Assembly: GCA_965649115.1 (NCBI GenBank)
Contig: CBFGJN010000001.1
Span: forward strand, 568 to 64,567
From: a candidate division WOR-3 bacterium
GTDB lineage: Bacteria > Hydrothermota > Hydrothermia > LBFQ01 > DSFT01
Reading direction: 5' to 3'
DNA length: 64,000 nt
The first letter of the stretch is position 1. Every line of letters starts with the position of its first letter. The position numbers were made by a program, and so were the translations under genes. This document shows positions 18,779 to 28,032 of the stretch, one piece after another. The notes below the pieces were generated by a model that worked only from the letters and a program-made list of their open reading frames with translations, made no database searches and was not told the DNA's origin.

Positions 18779-20047
18779 ATGCTTGATTTAAGTTATCTAA
18801 AGGGAGAAAAACTTGAAAAATTAAAAAGTAGTTTAATAAATAGAGGATATAGCTTAGATATTCTTGAAAAGATTTTGGATATTGATGGAAAAAGAAGGAA
18901 ATTAATTAAGGAAGTGGATGATTTAAGAGCAAAGAAAAATGAGAAATCAAAAATTATTTCTCAAATGATATCAAAAGGAGAAAATGTAGATGATTTATTA
19001 AAGGAGGCAAGGGAAATTGATAATATGCTTGAACATTTGGAAGAAGAAAGAAGAAAAATTGAAAATGAATTTAATTATTATTGGAGTTTAATTCCAAACA
19101 TTCCCCATCAAAGTGTTCCTATTGGTAAAGATAGTTCTGATAATGTAGTAGTTAGAGAATGGGGTAGAATTCCAGAATTTGAATTTGAACCCAAACCACA
19201 CTGGGAAATATGCGAAAAACTTGATATTATAGATTTTAATATGGGAGGGGAATTAGCAGGTTCAAGATTTGTTGTTTATAAAGGAATTGGAGCAGAGCTT
19301 GAATGGGCTTTGATAAACTATTTTAGAGAATTTGCTAAAAAGCATGGATATAAAGAAATTATTCCACCATTTTTGGTAAATGAAAGAGTTATGTTCAATA
19401 GTGGCCAATTACCAAAATTTAAGGATGAAATGTACTATATTGAAAAAGATGAGTTATATCTCGTTCCTACAGCAGAAGTTCCACTAACAAGTTTATTTAT
19501 GAATAAAACATTAGATGAAGAAGAATTACCTATATATTACTTTGCCTATACACCTTGTTTTAGGAGAGAAGCTGGCGCTTATGGTAAAGATGTTAGAGGA
19601 ATTAAAAGAATGCATCAATTTAATAAAGTTGAATTATATAAATTTACACTTCCTGAAAATTCATATGAGGAACATGAAAAAATGGTAAGAGATGTTGAGG
19701 AAATTTTACAAAGTTTGAATATTCCTTATAGAGTTGTTTTGCTATGTACTGGTGATATGGGCTTTGCATCAGCTAAAACTTATGATATTGAGGTTTATTG
19801 TGCAGGGCAAGGTGGTTATTTGGAAGCAAGTTCAATTAGTAATGTAGAAGATTTTCAAAGTAGAAGAGCTAATATAAAAGTTAAAAGAAAAAGTGGAAAG
19901 AAGGATTTTGTTCATACACTTAATGGTTCAGGTCTTGCAACACCAAGAGTCCTAATAAGTATTATTGAAAATAATCAAACAAAGGAAGGTTATGTTGTTA
20001 TTCCTGAACCTTTAAGAAAATATATTGGAGTTGATATTATTAAATGA
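18779..20047 (+). CDS. serS: Seryl-tRNA synthetase
   Basis: N-terminal coiled-coil arm and class II aaRS motifs (…FRREAG…, GSGLATPR). Confidence 0.95.
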   Translation: MLDLSYLKGEKLEKLKSSLINRGYSLDILEKILDIDGKRRKLIKEVDDLRAKKNEKSKIISQMISKGENVDDLLKEAREIDNMLEHLEEERRKIENEFNYYWSLIPNIPHQSVPIGKDSSDNVVVREWGRIPEFEFEPKPHWEICEKLDIIDFNMGGELAGSRFVVYKGIGAELEWALINYFREFAKKHGYKEIIPPFLVNERVMFNSGQLPKFKDEMYYIEKDELYLVPTAEVPLTSLFMNKTLDEEELPIYYFAYTPCFRREAGAYGKDVRGIKRMHQFNKVELYKFTLPENSYEEHEKMVRDVEEILQSLNIPYRVVLLCTGDMGFASAKTYDIEVYCAGQGGYLEASSISNVEDFQSRRANIKVKRKSGKKDFVHTLNGSGLATPRVLISIIENNQTKEGYVVIPEPLRKYIGVDIIK

Positions 20048-20897
20048 AATTTTTAAGAAGTTTTCTTTCAATTTTTTCAATTATCCTATTTTTTTTGATG
20101 GTTTATTTTGCATTTAAAGATATTGATAAAATCAAGGAGATTTTAAAATTCTCAAATAAATTCTATCTTCTTTTATCAGGGATTTTTTTTTAGCGTTTAA
20201 TTTATTTTCAATTTATATTGTTAAGTTTATCTATCATTTTTTTTCACTTGAATTATCATTTAAGAGAGCTTTTTATATTTCATTTATTTCAATTCTTGGA
20301 AGATACCTACCTGGAAGGTTTTGGACATTTACATTACTTTTAGCATTCTCAAAAGCTTTAAATTTAGATTTGAAAGCAATTACAAAAGGTGCAATTTTAA
20401 ATCAATTTTTCTTAATTTTTTCAGCAATTCCTGCGTTGTGTTTTTATTTTTTGGAAATAAAAAATTACTTACTATTTTTTATTTTTTTAATTTTTTTCCT
20501 TATCTTTCCATTAACATTACATTTTTTGTCTTTAAAGTACGAAATAAAATTAAATGTCTTTGTGTTTTTAAAAATTTTTTTAATGTTTTTAGTTCTTTGG
20601 TTTCTTGTGGGTTTTTCTTTATTTTTCTTTATTTTATCATTTTCAAAATCAATAAATTTATTTTATACAATTTTAATTTTTCCGATAGCTTATAACATTG
20701 GGATATTGTCTTTAATATCACCTGCGGGAATTGGTATAAGAGAGGGAGTTATGACATTTATGTTATTAAAGTTTTTTGATTTGGAATTTTCAAATAAAAT
20801 TAGTGTTCTTTTTAGAATTTTTAATTTGATTATTGAATTGTTTCTTTCACTAATAGCTTATATTTTGTATAAATTAGATAAACTAAGTAGAATTTAA
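20044..20897 (+). pseudogene. Flippase-like / UPF0104 (LPG-synthase TM-type) membrane protein gene interrupted by a frameshift at a T9 homopolymer
   Basis: ATG at 20044 overlaps the serS stop. The frame breaks at TTTTTTTTT (20173-20181). Inserting one T joins it to the 20370-20897 frame (…ILGRYLPGRFW…SPAGIGIREGV…), giving an approximately 284-aa protein. Confidence 0.55.
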
Positions 20898-21449
20898 CAG
20901 ATTTACTAAATTTTCCTTGCTTAATGTATTCAGCTCAAAATTACCAAAATTTACTATAATTGCCCTATTTTTAATTTTAATAATCATAGGAAGAGCATAA
21001 TAAGGCTCAATTCTTTTTAAAAAACTATAAATTTTTTCATTAAAGTCAAGAATCCCATCGTTTTCATCGTGAAGTTTTCCCTCGGGAAAAATAAAGAAGT
21101 AAAATTTATTTGGAAATTCGTTAAGAAGTCTAATTGTTTTAATAATTGAAGCAGTTCTAATATGTTTTTCTTTAAATGGTAAAGTTAATGCAAATTTTGA
21201 AAAAAATGGATATTTTTCATATTCTTCCATCCAAATAATTATTTTTCTATCTTTAAGGATTGTTTTTCTTAACCTATTTAAAATATGAACATCATAAATA
21301 TAAAAGTGATTGGAATAAATAATAATTTTTTTATCTTTGTATTCACTAAAATTTGGAATGTTCAATAAAATTAACTTTCCAATCATTTTTAATTGAATTT
21401 CAAGAACAAGATCAACAAGAAACTTAGGATAATAACTTTTAATACTCAT
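20883..21449 (-). CDS. Lysophospholipid (1-acylglycerol-3-phosphate) acyltransferase family protein
   Basis: HxxxxD block (NHFYIYD) and FPEG block of PlsC-type acyltransferases. Confidence 0.6.
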   Translation of the reverse strand: MSIKSYYPKFLVDLVLEIQLKMIGKLILLNIPNFSEYKDKKIIIYSNHFYIYDVHILNRLRKTILKDRKIIIWMEEYEKYPFFSKFALTLPFKEKHIRTASIIKTIRLLNEFPNKFYFFIFPEGKLHDENDGILDFNEKIYSFLKRIEPYYALPMIIKIKNRAIIVNFGNFELNTLSKENLVNLLNST

Positions 21450-21540
21450 ATCAATAGAAAATGTTAAAGATTAGGTAAAAATAGACTTTATTTATTAAGC
21501 AAAACACAAATTTTTCATTTACTTTAAAATTTCAAACTTT

Positions 21541-22485
21541 ATGAAAACAATTGATTATCTTTTGAAATTTGACGGTAAAATTGTTTTAATTGTTCATAAA
21601 AATCCTGACCCTGATTGTATTGGTAGTGCATTAGCACTTTACAAATTTTTAAAAAATTTTAAAAGTGATGTTAAAATTGTTTCAAAAGATGAACCACCTC
21701 AAAACTTGGATTATTTGAAAGGATTTAATGAGATTATTGTTAATAATTTTCAGGATGCTAATTTATATGTCTTAATTGATACACCTAATATAAAAAGAAC
21801 AGGTTTTGATAATTTTAATTTTAATAATAAAAATATAATAAAAATTGACCATCATATTTCTGATGATAAATATAGTGAATTTGATTATGTTAAGATTGAG
21901 GCTCCTTCAACAACATATCTGATTTTAGAACTTATAAGAAATTATAATGAAAATTATTTAGATGAAGATATGGCTGAGTGTATTTTTATAGGACTTGTAG
22001 GTGATACGGGTAGCTTTTCATATTCAAACTTGAAGTTAGCATTTGAAGCAGCTTTGTATTTAGCAAATAAAGGTTATGATTTATCTAAATTTTCAGAGAG
22101 ATATTCAAGAAATAATTCAATAAGTAGATTTTGTTTAATTAGGAAGGCTCTTGAAACATTAAAGCAAGATGGTGAGATTGCTTATATTGTAATAAGAAAG
22201 CATTTTTATGATGATTGTAGTGCTAAAAAATATGAAAATTTTGGAATTGTTGATTATCCACTTTCAATAAAAGGTGTAAAGGTTGCTTTGAAATTTGAAG
22301 AAATAGAAAATAATAAATGGAAAATAAATTTAAGAAGTAAAAAGGAAATAGATGTTCAAAAATTTGCTTCGCTTCATGGTGGTGGAGGACATAAGAATGC
22401 TTCTGCATTTGAAAAGTTAGGAACAGAAGAAGAGGTTATAAATGAGGTTATTTCTGATTTGAAGGAATATCTAAAAAGCTTTTGA
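21541..22485 (+). CDS. DHH-family phosphoesterase (NrnA-like oligoribonuclease/pAp phosphatase)
   Basis: DPDCIGSALAL, KIDHHISDD (DHH) and GGGH motifs. Confidence 0.8.
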   Translation: MKTIDYLLKFDGKIVLIVHKNPDPDCIGSALALYKFLKNFKSDVKIVSKDEPPQNLDYLKGFNEIIVNNFQDANLYVLIDTPNIKRTGFDNFNFNNKNIIKIDHHISDDKYSEFDYVKIEAPSTTYLILELIRNYNENYLDEDMAECIFIGLVGDTGSFSYSNLKLAFEAALYLANKGYDLSKFSERYSRNNSISRFCLIRKALETLKQDGEIAYIVIRKHFYDDCSAKKYENFGIVDYPLSIKGVKVALKFEEIENNKWKINLRSKKEIDVQKFASLHGGGGHKNASAFEKLGTEEEVINEVISDLKEYLKSF

Positions 22486-23590
22486 TTTCATCAATTTCAG
22501 ATTTTTTGTTTACTTTTAAAATTTCTAAAAGTTGATTAAAATCTTTATTGGTTAATTCATATAAGAATTGGATAATAGAAGCAAATCCACTTCCAATTAA
22601 AAATTTTAATTGCTCGTAATCTATATTTTTAAAATTGAGAACCATAAGTTTCAAGTAATAGTCAGCAATTTTCAAATTATAATTCTCATCAAATTGTTCA
22701 GTTATATGTTTTGGTAAATTTTCAAATTTTAGAACTTTATTATCTAAGGATAATGCATATTTTATAGCATTTTCAATTTCGCTAAAATTTCCAAACCAAG
22801 GATAAGTTAAGAATGCTTTATAAAAGTTATCTTCAATCTCAATAAAATCATTTGAAATTTTCCTTAAAAAGTGTTCTAAAATTAGTAATTTTTCTTTATT
22901 GTTTCTTTCACTTATTGAGGGAATATAAATTGAAGGGATTGTCAATAAATTTTGTGGAGGAGATATTTTATCAGTAATAAAAATAATTCTCTGACCACGT
23001 TTATAAATTTCATTTATAGCAAAATTCAAATCATATTCGTTTTCAAATAAATCTATATTTAGTATAATGATTGATTTTTCAGTTTTTTTATTATCAGTTT
23101 TGAATCCAGCATGTTTTTCCTCAATCTCAAAATAATCAATAGCATTTTCAAGAATTGATCTAATAATTGTTAATTTGCCAACACCTCTTTGACCATATAT
23201 TAATATCCAAGGATTATAAGGACTTTTTAGTAATGTTTCAAGTTTTTCGTAAGTCTCCATTGTTTGACCATAATAGCAAACAAATTTAACATTTGCAGGT
23301 TTTAGGCTGTCTAAGTTGTAAAATTTATTATAAAAATCAGAAATTCTTTGTCTTATTGTCTTCTTTGAATAATCATTTAAGAAATTTTTAATTTCATCTT
23401 TATTTTCAAATGACCAATCTACTGATTTAAAATTCGTTTTACCAATTGTAATAGTTAGATAATTTAAGGATAATTCATATAATTTTTTATGGTTGTTAGG
23501 AATTATTACAATATCGGGAATATCAGTTATAGATTTTGCTAATTCGTATTGTTCAATTTTTAGATCCTTTACTAAATTAAGAATTTTCAA
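22448..23590 (-). CDS. AAA+ ATPase resembling the sigma-54 interaction domain but lacking a canonical GAFTGA
   Basis: Walker A GQRGVGKLT. A FGNFSEIENAIKYAL block matches the GNVRELEN sensor-II region of enhancer-binding proteins. The GAFTGA position reads HAGFKTD. Confidence 0.5.
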   Translation of the reverse strand: MKILNLVKDLKIEQYELAKSITDIPDIVIIPNNHKKLYELSLNYLTITIGKTNFKSVDWSFENKDEIKNFLNDYSKKTIRQRISDFYNKFYNLDSLKPANVKFVCYYGQTMETYEKLETLLKSPYNPWILIYGQRGVGKLTIIRSILENAIDYFEIEEKHAGFKTDNKKTEKSIIILNIDLFENEYDLNFAINEIYKRGQRIIFITDKISPPQNLLTIPSIYIPSISERNNKEKLLILEHFLRKISNDFIEIEDNFYKAFLTYPWFGNFSEIENAIKYALSLDNKVLKFENLPKHITEQFDENYNLKIADYYLKLMVLNFKNIDYEQLKFLIGSGFASIIQFLYELTNKDFNQLLEILKVNKKSEIDEIKSFLDIPSNQK

Positions 23591-23597
23591 TAATAAG

Positions 23598-23670
23598 AGC
23601 GAGCGACGGGACTCGAACCCGCAACCCCCAGCTTGGAAGGCTGGCGCTCTACCAATTGAGCTACGCTCGC
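23598..23670 (-). tRNA. tRNA-Gly (anticodon UCC)
   Basis: Reverse complement GCGAGCGTAGCTCAATTGGTAGAGCGCCAGCCTTCCAAGCTGGGGGTTGCGGGTTCGAGTCCCGTCGCTCGCT folds as a cloverleaf. The anticodon loop is CTTCCAA and the discriminator is U. CCA is not encoded. Confidence 0.85.
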
Positions 23671-23674
23671 AAGG

Positions 23675-23689
23675 TTTAAAATTTTAAAG
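23675..23689. promoter_or_regulatory. Perfect palindrome TTTAAAATTTTAAAG shared by divergent tRNA-Gly and truB
   Basis: Lies 5 nt upstream of the tRNA 5' end on the minus strand and 9 nt upstream of the truB ATG on the plus strand. Confidence 0.55.
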
Positions 23690-23698
23690 CATAAGTTT

Positions 23699-24535
23699 AT
23701 GGATGGTTTTATCCTCATAAACAAACCAAAGGGTTGGACATCTTACGATGTTATTAGGGTTTTAAAGAAGTTATTTAATGTTAAAAAAATAGGACACTCT
23801 GGGACATTAGACCCTTTTGCAGAAGGACTTTTAATTATTGGGATAAATAAAGCTACAAAATTTATTGAATTCTTGATGAATTTACCAAAGGAGTACATTG
23901 CTAAAATTAAACTTGGTGCTGAAACGGATACACTTGATATAGATGGTGAAATTGTAAATTACGATAATAACTTTAAATTAAATAGAGAAATTCTTGAAAT
24001 GGTTATTAATGATTTTCCAAGAGATTATGAGCAAATTCCACCAAAATTCTCTGCTAAGAAAATTGATGGAAAAAGGGCTTATGAATTAGCAAGGGAAGGT
24101 AAGGAATTTGAATTAAAACCAAAACTTGTAAGTATATATGATTTGAAAATTGAAGATATTGATGAGGTTAATAATGAAGCTATTTTTTATCTTAAAGTTA
24201 GTTCTGGGTTTTATGTTAGAAGTTTTGCAAGAGATTTAGCCAATAAAATGGGAACATTTGGATATTTATTAGAATTAAAAAGGATAGCAATTGGTAATTT
24301 TAAAATAGAAAAAGCACATAGTATAAATGATAAAGAATTTAAACTTATTCAAATTGATACTGCTCTTGATTTTATAGAAAAAATTGAAATTCTTGATTGT
24401 AGAAAATTCAAAAATGGCCAGATTACAACTTATAAATACAAAGATGGAATTTATAGAGTTTACTGTGATAGTAATTTTTTAGGAATAGGAAAAATTGAAA
24501 ATAATTTATTAAAACCATTAAAAGTTTTGACTTAA
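23699..24535 (+). CDS. truB: tRNA pseudouridine(55) synthase
   Basis: GHSGTLDPFAEGLL catalytic Asp motif and TruB length. Confidence 0.9.
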   Translation: MDGFILINKPKGWTSYDVIRVLKKLFNVKKIGHSGTLDPFAEGLLIIGINKATKFIEFLMNLPKEYIAKIKLGAETDTLDIDGEIVNYDNNFKLNREILEMVINDFPRDYEQIPPKFSAKKIDGKRAYELAREGKEFELKPKLVSIYDLKIEDIDEVNNEAIFYLKVSSGFYVRSFARDLANKMGTFGYLLELKRIAIGNFKIEKAHSINDKEFKLIQIDTALDFIEKIEILDCRKFKNGQITTYKYKDGIYRVYCDSNFLGIGKIENNLLKPLKVLT

Positions 24536-24555
24536 ATAGTTTTAAATTGCTTGGT

Positions 24556-24640
24556 ATCGGGTGGCTTTTTGGCTTTAAAAACTCCATTTTTTGGCATTGG
24601 GGGTTCGCCTTTATAAATACTTTGGGTGAGAAATTCCAAA
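24556..24640 (+). repeat. Degenerate repeat fragment
   Basis: GGGTGGC … GGGGGTTCGCCTTTATAAATAC boxes. Confidence 0.4.
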
Positions 24641-24645
24641 TTACC

Positions 24646-24828
24646 TGCTTTGTCCAATAAATAATGTTAAATGCCTAATAATCAATAACTTATAAAATTT
24701 TTAAGGAAATTATTGAATTTTAGCCCCCCATAACCGAAAAATGGGTATTTTTAAGCCGAAGGCTTAATTTCAGGGTGGGTGGGAAAAATATAGAAAAATA
24801 AATAATTTCAGAATTATTAGACACAGCA
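24646..24828 (-). repeat. Repeat copy in reverse orientation
   Basis: TGCTTTGTCCAATAAATAATG … AATCAATAACTTATAAAA … GCCCCCCATAACCGAAAAATGGG … AAGCCGAAGGCTT … AGGGTGGGTGGG … CAGAATTATTAGACACAGCA. Confidence 0.8.
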
Positions 24829-24863
24829 TAATTTCAGGAAATTTATCCTTTAAACTTTTCATA

Positions 24864-26327
24864 GTGGAAAAATTGTCTATTGAAATTTCTAATGGTGCTA
24901 TTGGTTTTTCGCTTCCAGAGTTAGATGTGCCAGAAGTTAAAATTGATGAGAGAATTCCAAGTCATTTATTAAGAAAAACAGAATTGAATTTACCTCAAAT
25001 TTCTGAAAATGAAACATTTAGACATTTTTTGAGATTATCTCAATTGAATTATAACATTGATAAAGGAATTTATCCACTTGGTTCTTGTACTATGAAATAT
25101 AATCCTAAAATAAATGAGGAATTGGCAAGGCACTATAAATTCGTTAATATCCACCCTCATACACCTATTGAATTTTCACAAGGTTGTTTAGCAATAATAT
25201 ATGAGTTATCTGAATTATTAAAAGAAATATCGGGAATGGATGCTGTTAGCTTACAAGCGGTAGCAGGTGCTCAGGGAGAATTGGCGGGTGTTTTAATTAT
25301 TTCAAAGTATCATAAAATGAAAAATGAAAAACGAGACATTATATTAGTTCCCGATTCAGCACATGGAACTAATCCAGCAACTGCTACACTTGCAGGTTTA
25401 AATACTATTGAAATTAAAACTATTGAAACAAATGGAATTTTAAGGGCTAAATTGGTTAAGAAAGAAGTTGAAAATTATGGAGAAAGAATAGCAGGTTTAA
25501 TGATTACAAATCCAAATACACTTGGTATATTTGAAGAAGAAATATATGAAATTTCGCAAATGCTTCATCAAATAGATGCACAAATATATATGGATGGAGC
25601 AAATATGAATGCATTAGTAGGGAATATAAAGCCTTCAAAATTTGGTATTGATGTAATGCACTTTAATTTACATAAAACATTTTCAACACCTCATGGAGGT
25701 GGTGGTCCTGGTAGTGGAGCAATTGCTGTTAAAAAACATCTTGAAAAATTTTTGCCAAATCCAAGAATTAGGAAAATTGGTGAGAAGTACGAGTTAGTTT
25801 ATGAAGATGAAGAATATAGCATTGGAAGATTACATAGTTTTTATGGAAATTTTGGAATGTTCATTAGAGCATTAGTATATATAAGAATGCTTTCAAGTGA
25901 AGGATTGAAAATGATTTCATATTTGGCGGTTTTAAATGCTAATTATTTGAGGAAAAGACTTGAAGAAATAGGATTTAAGATATCTTTTGATATGCCAACA
26001 ATGCATGAATTCGTTTTAACATTAAAAGATATAAAAGAAAAATATAATGTAAAAGCGTTAGATTTTGCTAAAAGAATTCTAGATTATGGTTATCATGCAC
26101 CTACAATTTATTTCCCTCTAATCGTTGAAGAAGCATTTATGATAGAACCGACTGAAAGTGAAAGTAAAATTTCACTTGATAATTATATTGAAGTTTATAG
26201 AAAAATTTTAAATGAGATAAGAGAAAACCCTGAAATTGTCCTTTCTGCTCCATTAAATACTCCTGTATCAAGACTTGATGAAGTTAAGGCAGCAAAAGAT
26301 TTAATTGTAAAATGGCAAGATATTTAA
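24864..26327 (+). CDS. gcvPB: Glycine dehydrogenase (decarboxylating) subunit 2
   Basis: GTG start. N-terminal LPQISENETFRHF block, a PLP-binding NLHKTFSTPHGGGGPG block, and approximately 487 aa. Confidence 0.9.
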   Translation: MEKLSIEISNGAIGFSLPELDVPEVKIDERIPSHLLRKTELNLPQISENETFRHFLRLSQLNYNIDKGIYPLGSCTMKYNPKINEELARHYKFVNIHPHTPIEFSQGCLAIIYELSELLKEISGMDAVSLQAVAGAQGELAGVLIISKYHKMKNEKRDIILVPDSAHGTNPATATLAGLNTIEIKTIETNGILRAKLVKKEVENYGERIAGLMITNPNTLGIFEEEIYEISQMLHQIDAQIYMDGANMNALVGNIKPSKFGIDVMHFNLHKTFSTPHGGGGPGSGAIAVKKHLEKFLPNPRIRKIGEKYELVYEDEEYSIGRLHSFYGNFGMFIRALVYIRMLSSEGLKMISYLAVLNANYLRKRLEEIGFKISFDMPTMHEFVLTLKDIKEKYNVKALDFAKRILDYGYHAPTIYFPLIVEEAFMIEPTESESKISLDNYIEVYRKILNEIRENPEIVLSAPLNTPVSRLDEVKAAKDLIVKWQDI

Positions 26328-26836
26328 TGCTATTTTTTATTTTTGGTTGTTTAAATGCCCAAAACTCTCTAAAATTAAATGAAGAGAAATTAAATGAATT
26401 TATTAAAAAAAATTTTAAAAATTATCAGCTCTTTGAAAAGCCTATTATAAGAAAACAATATAAAAATTTTATTCTTGTTGATTTTGCTTATGCTGGTGCA
26501 ACAGGAAATTATTCGGTTTTGATTATAAATAAAAACAATAATTTTCAAATTGCAAAACTTAAAAATAAAGAAATTAAAAATGCTATATTTCTAATTGCTT
26601 CAGGAGGAGCTGGAAGATATAGTTCTTATGTGGAACTTGATGATAAATTAAAAGTTTTTGAATATTCAATTTATGGAGAGGATAATGATTATTGTAGGGT
26701 TGAAGTTTATAGTTTTCAAAAAGGTTATTTTATTTACGACAAAACTTTAAGTGATATAGAAAGGAAAAATTATTGTAAAAAAATTTGTGAAATGCTTTCA
26801 ATTGAAAGTAAAGTTTGTAAAACCTTGGAAAAATAA
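26312..26836 (+). CDS. Hypothetical secreted protein or lipoprotein
   Basis: N-terminal signal peptide LMLFFIFGCLNAQ. Confidence 0.4.
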   Translation: MARYLMLFFIFGCLNAQNSLKLNEEKLNEFIKKNFKNYQLFEKPIIRKQYKNFILVDFAYAGATGNYSVLIINKNNNFQIAKLKNKEIKNAIFLIASGGAGRYSSYVELDDKLKVFEYSIYGEDNDYCRVEVYSFQKGYFIYDKTLSDIERKNYCKKICEMLSIESKVCKTLEK

Positions 26837-26900
26837 ATCATTATAAGGACTAATATAGGGTAATCTGCCCCCCATAAAAACTATATTTTCTTAAAATTTT

Positions 26901-27857
26901 TTAGTCACTTATTTCCATTACAATTTTTCCTCTAACATGACCGCTTTCTAATATCTTATGAGCTTTTTTAACACTTTCAACACTAAATGGTAAAACCTCT
27001 GAAATTATTGGTTTCACTAATCCCCTTTCAATAACTTCCTTCATTTCTTCAAGTCTTTTACTTTCTCTTGTTAAGAAAATCCCATATAGAGTTATATTAT
27101 TTCTATAAAGCAATGATAAATCTCCTTTCGGTGGTAATATACAAGCAACCCTTCCAAAAGGTTTAATTACAGGTAAAACTCTTGAAACGATGTTATCACC
27201 TTGAATATCAAAAGCACAGTCAACCCCTTTATTTTCAGTTATTTCCATAACAATTTTATTTACATCGTCATTATAGTCAATAACATAATCTGCTCCAATT
27301 TGCTTTAAGAAGTCAAAATTTCTTGGACTACTTGTTGCAATTACTCTTGCAGAAATCATTTTAGCAAACTGAACAGCAAAAGAACCAACACCACCTGCTC
27401 CCGAATGAATAAGAATTGTCTCGTAAGGCCTTATATTTAACCTTCTAACAATTGCTTCCCAGGCTGTTCCTCCTGCTAAGGGAACAGCTGATGCTTCAAT
27501 GAATGACAAATTTTTTGGTTTTTTTGAAACAATGTTTGCTTTAACAACATTATATTCTGCATAAGCACCATTTGGATTATTATATATTTCAGGAGTGTAA
27601 TAAACTTCATCACCGACTTTAAAATCTTTAACACCTTCCCCAACTTCTTCAACAATTCCACTTACATCATAACCTATTATAATAGGTGGCTTTAATCCAG
27701 CCCAAGTTCCATTTATTCTTATTTTATAATCAACAGGGTTAAAAGCAACTGCCTTAACCTTCACAAGTATTTCGCCAGCATTAGGTTTTGGTTTTTTCAT
27801 TTCAGTCATTTCAAAGTTTTCAACATCTCCAAACTCTTTAAGAACGATCGCACGCAT
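26901..27857 (-). CDS. Zinc-type alcohol dehydrogenase-like / NADPH:quinone oxidoreductase (MDR family)
   Basis: GroES-like N-terminal domain and Rossmann GxGxxG (GAGGVGSFAVQ) block. Confidence 0.85.
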   Translation of the reverse strand: MRAIVLKEFGDVENFEMTEMKKPKPNAGEILVKVKAVAFNPVDYKIRINGTWAGLKPPIIIGYDVSGIVEEVGEGVKDFKVGDEVYYTPEIYNNPNGAYAEYNVVKANIVSKKPKNLSFIEASAVPLAGGTAWEAIVRRLNIRPYETILIHSGAGGVGSFAVQFAKMISARVIATSSPRNFDFLKQIGADYVIDYNDDVNKIVMEITENKGVDCAFDIQGDNIVSRVLPVIKPFGRVACILPPKGDLSLLYRNNITLYGIFLTRESKRLEEMKEVIERGLVKPIISEVLPFSVESVKKAHKILESGHVRGKIVMEISD

Positions 27858-27896
27858 AGTTTGAAAATTTTAAAGCTTTTTAGAGACTTTCAATTG

Positions 27897-28032
27897 CTGT
27901 GTCTAGCCTAAAAATAAGGCTTCGCCTTATAAATGCCCATTTTTCGGCTATGGGAGGGCTTAAATTCAATAATTTCATTAAAAATTTTACAAGTTCTTGA
28001 TCGTCAAGGACTTAACACTATTTATTGGACAA
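27897..28032 (+). repeat. Compact repeat copy. Its 3' end overlaps the C-terminal codons of ORF 27987-28556.
   Basis: GCTGTGTCTAGCC … AAGGCTTCGCCTT (hairpin with swapped stem) … TTTTCGGCTATGGGAGGG … TCAAGGACTTAACACTATTTATTGGACAA. Confidence 0.7.

Noticed and set aside
23493-23687. 64-aa ORF on the plus strand
   Set aside because: It overlaps the tRNA-Gly gene on the opposite strand and the end of the AAA+ gene. It is a by-product of the GC-rich tRNA sequence.
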